Shown here: positions 35,862 to 48,329 of the stretch, in pieces
Numbering within the stretch: the stretch's first letter is position 1
How the letters are laid out: every line of letters begins with the position of its first letter
DNA from: Octopus bimaculoides
Taxonomy: Eukaryota
Direction of reading: 5' to 3'
Assembly (NCBI RefSeq): GCF_001194135.2
Contig: NC_068993.1
Coordinates: 47,156,714-47,214,843, forward strand
DNA: 58,130 nucleotides
The notes under the pieces: generated by a model
Database searches by the model: none
What the model was told of the DNA's origin: nothing
The model's input: the letters and a program-made list of their open reading frames with translations, nothing else
Position numbers and translations under genes: made by a program

Positions 35862-36561
35862 TATATACAAACACGTATATATATACATATACATATACAA
35901 ATATATATATATTCATATGTGTGCGTATATATTTATGTATATGTATGCATAACACACACAGTCACAGATGCAGAGACACACATGCCATATATGTAAAGGG
36001 AAATGCAAGCGCATGCATAAGTGTATGCACAAGTTCCAGTGTGAGCGACCCGATGTGTGTGCGCGTGCGTACGCGTGTGTGTTTGCACGTACGTGTGTGT
36101 GTGTGTGTGTGTGTGTGTGAGCATATGTTTGAACATGGCAGAGTGTCGTTTAGTTAATGCAGAAGATTGGAAGTCAGCCACTTCAGTTAGTATTTAGGGT
36201 GGGCTGGTCAGTTAGATTGGCGTTGTGATTGGTCAGCTTAAGGTGTTGTACGGATAAATATCTCATTTGGAAGGTCGGCCAAACTATATGTTTGGTCATA
36301 GCTGACGGCATCTGCTGAAAACATTTCTCTCTGATGATGGTGTCTATGACCGCTTCTTGCACGTGGGCGTGTATGCTGGCGTGAGAGGGGAGTCAAAGGG
36401 TGCAATATTACTTTGCAATGCATATAGTCTACATGCAAGAATACGTACTTTATTTAAAAGTACAAGCATATATTTGCACACACACACACACACAAACACA
36501 CATACACACACACGCACACATACGCACTCAAATACATGGCTGTGTGTATTTTATATAAATA

Positions 36562-37134
36562 TTGGGTTGTCCGGAAAGTTCATGCCGATTTTTAAAGGAA
36601 AGAAAAAGGTCAATAAATACTTGCCATTACATTTTTAATCAACCAAATATGAACCATTTTGTTGCACAATGCGTTTCCATCTTTCCGTTAACTTGAAAAT
36701 ACCCTCTTCTCAGAATTGAAATGGTTTCATGGTAAAGAGTTCATCAAGGTATCGTTTTCCGTCATCCAAGGAATTGAAATTTTTACCATTAAGACTATTC
36801 TGCAGAGACCTGAATAAGTGGAAATCCGAACGAGCAATATCTGGTGAATACGGAGGGTGGGGTAACACATCCCAGCCGAGCTGCAGCAATTTTTGTCTGG
36901 TTACCAAAGAAACGTGCGGTCTTGCATTATCATGTTGAAAAACAACGCCCTTCCTGTTGGCCAATTGTGGACGTTTCTCTTGAATTACTGCTTTTAACTT
37001 GTCCAGTTGTGTGCAGTATTTCTCAGAATTAATTGTCTGGTTACTTGGGAGAATCTCATAGTACAGAATTTCTTTCCAATACCACTAGAGACAAAGCAAG
37101 ACTTTTTTAGGGTGAAAACCCGCTTTGAGGTGGC
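36562..37134 (-). mobile_element. Mariner (DD34D) element, 3' half with TIR
   Basis: Translates AGFHPKKVLLCL*WYWKEILYYE...HDNARPH...HPPYSPDIARSDFHLF...F*EEGIFKLTERWKRIVQQNGSYLVD*; 34 residues between the 2nd and 3rd Asp; TA + TIR TTGGGTTGTCCGGAAAGTTCATGCCG at 36560-36590. Confidence 0.95.
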
Positions 37135-37763
37135 TGTAAATAATGTAAATAATGTACATAATTCCTCATCTCTGAAATATAGAGCTAGATAGCAACACGT
37201 TACGTGGTGTAGACTTTCATTAGCATGGTGTGCCGAGGTTTCTCCTTTCTCTAGCCACTATCTTCGGCGCTTGGCATTTTTATAGAGAACACATTTCTCG
37301 TCATCAGTCACTATTCGGTCTAAAAAAGGTTCATTCTGAAGATGTAACAGCAAAGAAGAGCATACAGTCACTCTCTGCCAGCGATTAGACTCGGACAGTT
37401 TGTGAGGAACCCATTGACACAATTTGATGACTTTTGCGATGCCACGCAGATGTCTATGAATGGTAGAATGACCAAATTCAAAGCGTCTCTGCTAATTCGC
37501 TAACAGTTACGATGGGATTTTGCTCCCCCAGGGATTGCAGGACGTCCTTATCGAGCTCTACAAATCTTCCAGAACGAGGCTTGTCTTCCAGGCTGTAGTT
37601 TTCGGGTTGGAATTTCTGGAACCACCACTGATACTGGCTTACGTTTATTGTCCGATCCCTATATACTACATTAATTTTCCTCGCACTTTCCGTTGCGTTG
37701 TTGCTTTTATTGAACTCATAAAGCAAAATATGCCGAATCTGGCTCCTCGGTATCTTCCATCAT
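36635..37763 (-). pseudogene. Mariner transposase pseudogene (composite, with stops and frameshifts)
   Basis: N-half MEDTEE/IRHILLYEF...WFQKF...PRSGR...WVPHKL...IVTDDEK; C-half carries HDNARPH and YSPD motifs; several in-frame stops and a 52-bp foreign insert. Confidence 0.92.
37135..37186 (+). mobile_element. 3' tail fragment of the tRNA/HHR element
   Basis: 48/52 identity to the reverse complement of 1339-1390. Confidence 0.8.
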
Positions 37764-37942
37764 AGCTTTGAAAAAACAACGGTTAAAATCGAACTAAACT
37801 CTTCAAAACTTGCACTAAGAATAGATACAAAAGTAAAATTACTATCTGCTTTTATAGTAAGTCGAAGCAGGTAGTTCATCTCGCCCCTATCACTTTTAGT
37901 TCATGCAGCTGAAAAAGCCGCATTATTTATGGCATGACCCAA
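37187..37942 (-). mobile_element. Mariner element, 5' half with a different TIR
   Basis: TA (37943-37944) + TIR TTGGGTCATGCCATAAATAATGCGG; HTH-containing N-terminus running to a degenerate ESLHPRKVLL. Confidence 0.9.
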
Positions 37943-37990
37943 TATATGTATGTGTGTGAGTATGTGCTTATACAAATGTGTATATTTAGT

Positions 37991-38362
37991 GTTGTTTGTT
38001 GGCACTCCATCGCTCACGACATCGAGGGTTCCAGTTGATCCGATCAACCTGCTCGTGAAATTAACGTGCAAGTGGCTGAGCACTCCACAGACACGTGTAC
38101 CCTTAACATAGTTCTCGGAGATATTCAGCGTGACACAGTGTGACAAGGCTGGCCCTTTGAATTACAGGCACAACAGAAACAGGAAGTAAGAGAAAGTTGT
38201 GGTGAAAGAGTACAGTAGGGTTCGCCACCATCCCCTGCCGGAGCCTCGTGGAGTTTTGGGTGTTTCCGCTCAATAAACACTCACAACGCCCGGTCTGGGA
38301 ATCGAAACCGCGATCCTATGACCACCAGTCCGCTGCCCTAACCAATGGGCCATTAGGCCTCC
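37991..38362 (-). mobile_element. Full-length SINE family C
   Basis: A box TGGCCCATTGG, B box GTTTCGATTCC, body ...GTGTCTGTGGAGTGCTCAGCCACTTGCACGTTAATTTCACGAGCAGG..., tail GGAGTGCCAACAAACAAC. Confidence 0.88.
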
Positions 38363-39310
38363 ATATTTAGTGTAAATGTGTGTAAATCTGTTCANNNNNN
38401 NNNNNNNNNNNNNNNNNNNNNNNNNNNNNNNNNNNNNNNNNNNNNNNNNNNNNNNNNNNNNNNNNNNNNNNNNNNNNNNNNNNNNNNNNNNNNNNNNNNN
38501 NNNNNNNNNNNNNNNNNNNNNNNNNNNNNNNNNNNNNNNNNNNNNNNNNNNNNNNNNNNNNNNNNNNNNNNNNNNNNNNNNNNNNNNNNNNNNNNNNNNN
38601 NNNNNNNNNNNNNNNNNNNNNNNNNNNNNNNNNNNNNNNNNNNNNNNNNNNNNNNNNNNNNNNNNNNNNNNNNNNNNNNNNNNNNNNNNNNNNNNNNNNN
38701 NNNNNNNNNNNNNNNNNNNNNNNNNNNNNNNNNNNNNNNNNNNNNNNNNNNNNNNNNNNNNNNNNNNNNNNNNNNNNNNNNNNNNNNNNNNNNNNNNNNN
38801 NNNNNNNNNNNNNNNNNNNNNNNNNNNNNNNNNNNNNNNNNNNNNNNNNNNNNNNNNNNNNNNNNNNNNNNNNNNNNNNNNNNNNNNNNNNNNNNNNNNN
38901 NNNNNNNNNNNNNNNNNNNNNNNNNNNNNNNNNNNNNNNNNNNNNNNNNNNNNNNNNNNNNNNNNNNNNNNNNNNNNNNNNNNNNNNNNNNNNNNNNNNN
39001 NNNNNNNNNNNNNNNNNNNNNNNNNNNNNNNNNNNNNNNNNNNNNNNNNNNNNNNNNNNNNNNNNNNNNNNNNNNNNNNNNNNNNNNNNNNNNNNNNNNN
39101 NNNTATATATATATACATTAATGTAGGCATGTATATTATGTGCATAATGTACGTAATATAAATATTAATATACGTATATTTTTGTATAGAATATATATAT
39201 CCATATATATGTACATATACATATACACACAAACACACACGCACATACACAACACATACACACACACACACAATACACACACGGACACAGACACACACAC
39301 ACACACACAG

Positions 39311-39367
<57 letters not shown>

Positions 39368-40279
39368 NNNNNNNNNNNNNNNNNNNNNNNNNNNNNNNNN
39401 NNNNNNNNNNNNNNNNNNNNNNNNNNNNNNNNNNNNNNNNNNNNNNNNNNNNNNNNNNNNNNNNNNNNNNNNNNNNNNNNNNNNNNNNNNNNNNNNNNNN
39501 NNNNNNNNNNNNNNNNNNNNNNNNNNNNNNNNNNNNNNNNNNNNNNNNNNNNNNNNNNNNNNNNATATGTAGTGTATACTCAATATCGCTAAAACGTTCA
39601 GGCAGCAAAACGAATGCCATGTGTAAATGTAAAACAGCAGCGGAATAATCTTCGAAGACTACCATTACATATTGTCAACTACCGGGGTTAAGTAATTTTC
39701 TGTAATTCTACAAGACAGAAAAAGGTTGCGGCTATGGCATGACATGGGCGTGGTAGAGCAGGTCAAGGGGATGGAATGGCAGAGTTCTAGGGTATGCGGA
39801 GGATTTTGTCGTAGAACCGTAATAGGTGTAGTCTGTGTGTCACGGTGTCTGTGTCGCTGTGCATTCCTGTTTGTATATGACGTGTGTCTTTGGTTATGGT
39901 GTGAGGGCTTTGTGTGTATGTGTGTTTGTGTGTATGTGTGTTTGTGTGTAAGTGTGTGCAGGCATGTCATTGCAGATATGTGAGTGTGAAGTGTATGATT
40001 TGTATGCGAAAGGGAATGGGTTTGATTATGTGTGTGTATGTGCATGAACAAGTTTCATATGCGTTTGTGATGTCTATGCCTTTCTGTTTGAGTACGTATA
40101 ACATTTAGAGTTTGTATATGCTTATAGGTATATATATATATATATGTGTGTGTGCGTGTATACGAATATGTGCGCATATATGTGCATATAAACATGCATG
40201 TGTATTTGTGGCGTGAAGATCTTTGTTACTGTGTATGTGTTTGCATATAACACTTAGAATTTGTATATGCTTGTATATG

Positions 40280-40316
<37 letters not shown>

Positions 40317-41071
40317 NNNNNNNNNNNNNNNNNNNNNNNNNNNNNNNNNNNNNNNNNNNNNNNNNNNNNNNNNNNNNNNNNNNNNNNNNNNNNNNNNNNN
40401 NNNNNNNNNNNNNNNNNNNNNNNNNNNNNNNNNNNNNNNNNNNNNNNNNNNNNNNNNNNNNNNNNNNNNNNNNNNNNNNNNNNNNNNNNNNNNNNNNNNN
40501 NNNNNNNNNNNNNNNNNNNNNNNNNNNNNNNNNNNNNNNNNNNNNNNNNNNNNNNNNNNNNNNNNNNNNNNNNNNNNNNNNNNNNNNNNNNNNNNNNNNN
40601 NNNNNNNNNNNNNNNNNNNNNNNNNNNNNNNNNNNNNNNNNNNNNNNNNNNNNNNNNNNNNNNNNNNNNNNNNNNNNNNNNNNNNNNNNNNNNNNNNNNN
40701 NNNNNNNNNNNNNNNNNNNNNNNNNNNNNNNNNNNNNNNNNNNNNNNNNNNNNNNNNNNNNNNNNNNNNNNNNNNNNNNNNNNNNNNNNNNNNNNNNNNN
40801 NNNNNNNNNNNNNNNNNNNNNNNNNNNNNNNNNNNNNNNNNNNNNNNNNNNNNNNNNNNNNNNNNNNNNNNNNNNNNNNNNNNNNNNNNNNNNNNNNNNN
40901 NNNNNNNNNNNNNNNNNNNNNNNNNNNNNNNNNNNNNNNNNNNNNNTGTCTAAGCGTCCGTTCTGTGTGTTTTTATGTCATATGATGTGTAGATTTGTGT
41001 GACTACGTGTTTGTTTCGTACGCATGACAAACGTGTATGTTTATAGCTGTGTGAATATATCTGTCTTTGTG

Positions 41072-41120
<49 letters not shown>

Positions 41121-41471
41121 ATGTGTGTGCTTGTGTTTGTATGAGAGGCATGTATGTACCTATCATATATGTGTTTCTGTTATGTTTATACATGCGTGGA
41201 TGCGTGTGTGCATGTGTGCGAAGGACAGGAAAATGTCTATGTATTTACATACGTTTGTGTATGCGTGTATGTATGTATATGCAGGAATGCTTAAATTAAT
41301 GAATGCGTATGTGATTCTTTGAAAAATGTGTGTGTGTGTGTTTGCTTGTCTTATACTGTATTGTGATATGCAATACAATAGTTTTTGCTGGAGTGCCGAA
41401 AAGGGATGGTGTGGGAAGAGATGGGGTCGGACGAGTTAGCTAATTCTGAAGTTGGTTTAGGTCTAAGGTTT

Positions 41472-41496
41472 GGGGTTTGGGGTTTGGGGTTTAGGG
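41472..41496 (+). repeat. (GGGGTTT)3-AGGG telomere-like repeat; G-quadruplex motif
   Basis: Four G-tracts (4,4,4,3) with 3-4-nt loops. Confidence 0.7.
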
Positions 41497-41699
41497 CTTG
41501 AGGTTTGGATTAGTGGTGGTGAGGTTTGTGGAGTAAAGAACTTACTGACGGTGAAATGAAAATGGCGAATGTAGAATTCTGCAAAAGGTATGGGGATTAC
41601 AGTGGGAAAACTGGGACGAAAGAATAAGCGACATAAAAAGACAAAGAAACGAGAGAGATGGTGCGATAAAGACATAGAGCAAGAAATGGAAGGTGACAG

Positions 41700-41741
<42 letters not shown>

Positions 41742-42883
41742 TACGTGTGGTGGGAGAGAACCAGTGATAAAGACAGGCAATAGAGAGGGAGAGAGCCAGA
41801 CAGAGAGAGAGAGAAAGAGAAAGAGAGAGACATATAGACAAAGCGAGGGAGAGAGAAAGAGAAAGAGAGAGAGAACCTGGCTTTATGGGAATAAGGATTT
41901 TTCAGTTAGAAATTCATCCTGAACGAAAAAAACGATGAAAAAATGGTAGGGAAAGCATATTGTTATTGAGGATCAATTTACAGTTTAATCTTTTCAGCGT
42001 CAGCAAATAAAGGACCAGTCAAGCACTGAAGTTNNNNNNNNNNNNNNNNNNNNNNNNNNNNNNNNNNNNNNNNNNNNNNNNNNNNNNNNNNNNNNNNNNN
42101 NNNNNNNNNNNNNNNNNNNNNNNNNNNNNNNNNNNNNNNNNNNNNNNNNNNNNNNNNNNNNNNNNNNNNNNNNNNNNNNNNNNNNNNNNNNNNNNNNNNN
42201 NNNNNNNNNNNNNNNNNNNNNNNNNNNNNNNNNNNNNNNNNNNNNNNNNNNNNNNNNNNNNNNNNNNNNNNNNNNNNNNNNNNNNNNNNNNNNNNNNNNN
42301 NNNNNNNNNNNNNNNNNNNNNNNNNNNNNNNNNNNNNNNNNNNNNNNNNNNNNNNNNNNNNNNNNNNNNNNNNNNNNNNNNNNNNNNNNNNNNNNNNNNN
42401 NNNNNNNNNNNNNNNNNNNNNNNNNNNNNNNNNNNNNNNNNNNNNNNNNNNNNNNNNNNNNNNNNNNNNNNNNNNNNNNNNNNNNNNNNNNNNNNNNNNN
42501 NNNNNNNNNNNNNNNNNNNNNNNNNNNNGAGAGAGAGAGAGAGAGAGAGAGATACATACATACACATAATTTATATATATATATAAATATATATAATATA
42601 TATATATATATATAATATATATATATATATATAATATATATATATATACATATGTGTATGTGTGTATGTATATGTGTGTTGTGTGTGTGTGTGTGTTTGT
42701 ATGTATGTATATATACATATGAATAAAATGTATATATATATATTTGTTTATTTATTTATTTATATACACATAGATATACTTTTATATGTACATGCATGCA
42801 TACATATCTATCTATATGTGTACACACATATATACAACGAACATATGCAAATGAAGTTTAAACATATAAACATTTTTGTACAT

Positions 42884-43298
42884 GCGCAGGAGTGGCTGTT
42901 TGGTAAGTAACTTGCTTACCAACCACATGGTTCCGTGTTCAGTCCCACTACGTGGCACTTTGGGCAAGTGTCTTCTACTATAGCCTCGGGCCAACCAAAG
43001 CCTTATGAGTAGATTTGGTAGACAGAAACTGAAAGAAGCCCACCGTATTAATATATACGTATATGTTTGTGTATTTATCTTTGCTCTCCCCAACCATCGC
43101 TTGACAACCGATGTTGGTGTGCTTACGTCCCTGTAACTTAGCGGTTCATCAAAAGATACCGATAAAATAAGTACTAGGCTTAAAAAGAATAAGGCCTGGG
43201 GTTGATTTGTTCGACTAAACGGCGCTGCTGCAGCATAGCCGCAATGAAATGACTGAAACAGGTAAGAGGATAAAACAAGAATAAAAGAATAAAAGAAT
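42884..43298 (+). mobile_element. Full-length SINE family A with (AAAAGAAT)n tail
   Basis: Colinear with 16320-16721; short internal microsatellite. Confidence 0.92.
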
Positions 43299-43860
43299 AC
43301 CTGATATTCACGCGTCTACATATGAAATACATTTATAAATTTGTATACCCCTCCACATCAGCCACCTCCTTATCCTCTCACTATTAATACTACAACTATC
43401 ATGACGACGGCGGCGTCTGCTTCTACGACTAATATTACTACTAATGTTGATAATTCAGTGGATGATGATGATGATAATGAAGTTGGTGACGGTGACGACG
43501 ACGATGATGATACCGACTCGTGGATTAAATAAAGCTCAACGTTTCAATCAAAGAACATTTCACTCAGGTAGACAGAGCCATCCAGAAGAAAATTTAATTA
43601 CAGTTGCTCAGGTCCTAATCATATAGTTTCATTAACTTCAGGTTTAATCAACCTGCCAACGCCACCCCGCCCCTGCAAATGATACCCAAAACATCACTAT
43701 GTTTGAAGTACACACAATATATTACGTCACACGCTGTGAGGTGTTACGACTAATTAATCATAGTAATGGATGTTGTAGCAAAGAAAATGGAGAAATTTAA
43801 TACACACTCATACACACAAACACACACACACTCATATATATACATACACACAAACACACA

Positions 43861-43951
<91 letters not shown>

Positions 43952-44734
43952 AATGATATTGCAATCAAATCTGACGTATACATTATTCCATTTCATAGTA
44001 AGATTTCTTTTCCAACATCAATACAAACATAAAAGCTTCCTGATGAAAAGAACATTTTAATTAACATTCCTATAAAAGAAATTGCTATGATAATGGTTTT
44101 TTAATTAACATTCTAAGCAGCAATTATGATTTAATTTGTTATTTGTAATTGCTCGGGATAATATTGATCTTTAACGTAGGTGCAAGATAAATCAATTTTC
44201 CTATTTAAGATATGATTCTTCTAAGGAACAGACCAAATTTTGTTTCTTTATGTTACCTTAGACTAACCCATTCCGAAGGTGTCTATTTTATCGACTGAGA
44301 TGCTAAAATTAGCTACCTAATCTTTTGTAATGACATCTTACTGTTTTAAATCTGAAGGACATGTTGGAAATTGTATTGCTATATATACAAAATTGCGATA
44401 CGATTTTCGTATTGTTATCTGTGTTGAACTTCGTTAAATATCACCAGTGAACCTTCTCATGGTCTTGTTGAGTTGAAGTGTTTGCGCGATTAGGGGAGGA
44501 AGTTTTCCTTGTATTGTAGTCATCGTTCGAATACGCGCCACAGAATGTACAATGCTGAGGCCCCAGGAAGTGATGTTGAAACATGTCAAGGAAATTAATT
44601 TTTTTGTTCCATTACACAAATGATGTATCCTACCAGATTCTACACATTTTCCGTCAACTAAATATCACTGAGACAGATATAGTCAGCCTGGGTCTATGAA
44701 GGATGACAATTTTTAAAGTACTGAAAGAGAGGGA

Positions 44735-44940
44735 ACCAGGTAGAATTGTTTGCACGTCGTGGAAAATGCTTAGAGGCATTCATTCCGACCCATTACGTTC
44801 GAGTAGAAATGAGTCCATCTTTGCCTTTCATTTTTTTGGGCTCGACAAAAATGGAGTACCAGTCGAGCACTGGACCCGATGAAACTGGCCACTCCCTCCC
44901 ATTGAAATTTCTTGCCTTCTGTCGAAATTAGAAAAAAATA
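44735..44940 (+). mobile_element. Old SINE family B
   Basis: GAAAATGCTTAGAGGCATT head; CTTTGCCTTTCAT...GAGTACCAGTCGAGCACTGG core. Confidence 0.65.
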
Positions 44941-45202
44941 TTCAAAATAGTGTATGATAGGATCGATCCTATATCACCGAGCTAGGGAGCAATACCAGCA
45001 TTAGGAATTCAAATATCCCAGACCATGAGATATTACGTCTGACCAAAGAAGAAAAAGAAAAGAAGAAAAAAAGGTTCATCCATTCAAATCGAAACCCTAC
45101 TTACATTCTAAGTCTGGTAATTACTTTTAGGTGGCGTGGGTTGAACCGCTAACTTACAGGAACGTGAAAAAATATAGTTAGTCAGGAAGATTAATGAATA
45201 AG

Positions 45203-45352
45203 ACCGGCTTTCGTGCGGTTACAGCCTACCAAATTCACTCACAAGAAAATTGGTCGGTACACTGCTATGGCAGAAGAACTAGCTGGAGGTGGCGCCACAG
45301 CTCGAAACTACGGGGTTGCGAAGCAAACTTCGGAACCACAGAGTCATGCGTA
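45203..45352 (-). mobile_element. Old SINE family A head and core
   Basis: CCTACCAAATTCACTCACAAG...TTGGTCGG...CTATGGCAGAAGA plus a degenerate head. Confidence 0.55.
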
Positions 45353-45469
45353 TGAAAAGAAAAAGGACTTTTCGTAAAACGTGAAAAGGACTTTTCTGTA
45401 AGTTGACATCATTTTCTCAAACACATTGAATCCAGCATCAAGGCTTGGAATAATTTAGATAAAACTTAG

Positions 45470-45870
45470 ATATGTTTCGACTAAAGATCGGAACAGACCA
45501 TGTCTAACTTAATAACACCACCTGATAGGATTATCTAAATCCTATTTAACTTAAGTTTTGTATCATAGTCTATTCGAGTAGGGAGTACTCTTTGAGTGAA
45601 TTGTATCCAGGTATAGGTGGCTTATCTGGTATTCTTTGCAGAAATTTGTCCAGATACCGTTTAAAGGTAGTGGGATCCTTTTCCTCTCTGATCTGTTTCG
45701 GGACAATGTTAAATAGGGTAGGACCTGTTGAAGAAAAGAAATTGTGTTGCAGTGTATTTATATGCTGTGATCCTGAATTGGGTAGGGGACATATGGCCCA
45801 TGGTCCTAGCGTTGGATGAATTTTGAGACTATTGTTGATGTCGTTCTTTTATTTCAAAGAATTCTGGACG
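45470..45870 (-). mobile_element. CR1/L2-clade LINE 3' end (ORF2 C-terminus plus 3' UTR)
   Basis: Open frame 45570-45848: KIHPTLG...HINTLQHNFFSSTGPTLFNIVPKQIREEKDPTTFKRYLDKFLQRIPDKPPIPGY..., matching the CR1/L2 'F...GP.LFN.LP..IR.....FK..LD.FL..IPD.P' C-terminus. Confidence 0.85.
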
Positions 45871-46004
45871 TATGTGTGTGCATGTGTATTATTTATGTTT
45901 CATGCGTGCACCTCCAGTTTGTAATTGCCTTGCGTGTATATTTGCATGTACAGCAAATACACATATAAAAACTAAACAATTATATGTCTCTTGTGTTTCT
46001 GTGT

Positions 46005-46406
46005 GCGTTACCAACTACATGGTATCGGGTTCAGTCCCACAGCGTGGAACCTTGGGCAAGTGTCTTCCACTATAGCCTCGAGTCGACCCAAACCTTGTGA
46101 GTGGATTTGGTAGACGGAAATTGGAAGAAGACCGCCGTAAATATATATATATATATATATACACACACATACATACATATATATATCTTTGGGTGTCTGT
46201 GTTTGCCCCCCCCCCATCATCACTTGACAACCGATGTCGGAGTATTTACGTCCCCGTAATCTAGCGCTTCGGCAAAAGAGGCCGACAGAATAAGTACTAA
46301 GCTTACAAAGAATAAGTCCAAGAGTCGATTTGTTCAACTAAAGTCGGTGCCGTAGCTTAGCCGCACTCAAACGACTGAAACATATGAAACGATAAAAGAA
46401 TAAAAT
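46005..46406 (+). mobile_element. SINE family A, slightly 5'-truncated
   Basis: B box GGTTCAGTCCC, core, internal (AT)/(AC) tract, tail GACTGAAAC. Confidence 0.9.
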
Positions 46407-46623
46407 ACACACACACACTGCGCTCGTGTATATGTGTTTGTTTGTGTTAAAATATATAGTCATAGTGATAAAGTTCACAGAAATAGAGAGCGCTGGATAC
46501 GAGGCAAACATTCCATTTCAGTATAAAATTCACAAACACTCACAACGTCATGCACGCATACACACGCGCACACACATACGCCCGCACACGCACACACACA
46601 CACACATGCACACACATGCATGT

Positions 46624-46678
<55 letters not shown>

Positions 46679-46980
46679 CGTATCTGTATATAAACATATA
46701 TATTTTATGTATGTATACACATAAAATAAGTATGTATACACACACAGACACGCACACACACGCACGCACACGCACACACACATACACATACTTATACACA
46801 CGCACATATACCGTTTTAAACATGACACGTCCCTATTACTCATAGCAGTGGCCACTTCAGAACTAATTAACGCCCTCTGGTGTCTGATATATTTTTGCTT
46901 TTCATTGTTATCGTACGAAAACCCGACCTGAAACGCTAACGGCAAATTAGAGATACAATTCAATATAATGTAATATAATA

Positions 46981-47027
<47 letters not shown>

Positions 47028-48329
47028 NNNNNNNNNNNNNNNNNNNNNNNNNNNNNNNNNNNNNNNNNNNNNNNNNNNNNNNNNNNNNNNNNNNNNNNNN
47101 NNNNNNNNNNNNNNNNNNNNNNNNNNNNNNNNNNNNNNNNNNNNNNNNTATATGTATGTATACGTATATATATATCTATATATATATATACATATATGTG
47201 TGTGTGTGTGTGTGTATGCATAAAACCATATCAATATAAATATGTATATCTATCTATCTATCTATCTATCTACCTATCTACCTATCTATCTATATATATA
47301 TCTATCTATATTTACATGCATATATATTCTGATACCCAAGTTGTTTACCGTCATCTCAAATATGAAAATAAAAATAAAACCTTCGCTTCCTTCACTCCTG
47401 CTACATATTTTATTATCCTTTCTGTCCCACCTTCAACAACATATCAAATTCTTATTCTTCTCACTTCTAAACTCCTGATTCTGAGCAAAATATTCTTGTG
47501 TTCTCAAAGCCTTCGTCCATATCAACAGGAAATAATGGCATTTTTCTTTCATTCTGTCTATATTTAGTGTTTGTCGTCTCAACATCCTATAACTGCTAGG
47601 GATGTAAAGCAGCTTATTCTGATATGTATATTTTAATGTATCGTTGTTCAACGTAACACAGGTCACTATCTGCAGTATTTGTTGTGTTCTTGTTGGATAT
47701 GAAATCTGAATTTTTACACTAAATACTCACAGATGTTACTAATATACAAGTAATTCAAAATAAATGGACTTTGATTTCGAAGGAAACCGCTTGCGAATGT
47801 CTCGTGCCTGTTACAGTGTAACTTTTATATCAGTGTGTGTCTTCAAATCGTAGCAAATCCTGAGGGCTGAAAAAGAAAAGTCCCTATCTAACCTTGAGAA
47901 ATAAAGAAACGATAAAAGTGATACCTCTGTAAATCATGTGACTTCCCTAACTAGCATCCAGAGCAGATTTGTGAACAGTGAGGGAGATGATATCTTAAAT
48001 CTCTTTCCTCGAAAAATAAAACTCACGTGTTACAGAATCTGCCCNNNNNNNNNNNNNNCAGCCCGAGACTAAAAATATTTCAAATGAGGAATATGATAAT
48101 GAAATGAACGGAACCCATGAAACCCTCCTGCTCCACTGCCACTGCAGGGTAATATCGCTAAAACTGAACGAAATCCCCCACGTTCAATAATAATTCAATA
48201 AAATTTGGTTAAGATTCTAGTTTGAGAGATTTTCAAGAGCGAATGTATTCGGCTATAATATCCTTAATCCTGGTGGCTCAGTGGTTTGCATGAACACTGC
48301 CGATTGTTCCATCATATAATAGTGCTGAT

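Noticed and set aside
36238-36320. SLADLPNEIFI, F-box-like start on the minus strand
   Set aside because: A stop follows four codons later, the donor is weak (CC|GTACAA), and the rest of the F-box is absent.
43534-43570. Hammerhead-like CUGAGUGA...GAAACGUU on the minus strand
   Set aside because: The core has an extra nucleotide, stem II is 3 bp of A-U only, and stem I does not pair.
47433-47710. Open minus frame of about 95 codons (QISYPTRTQQ...)
   Set aside because: AT-rich with no recognisable motif or in-frame donor; within chance expectation.
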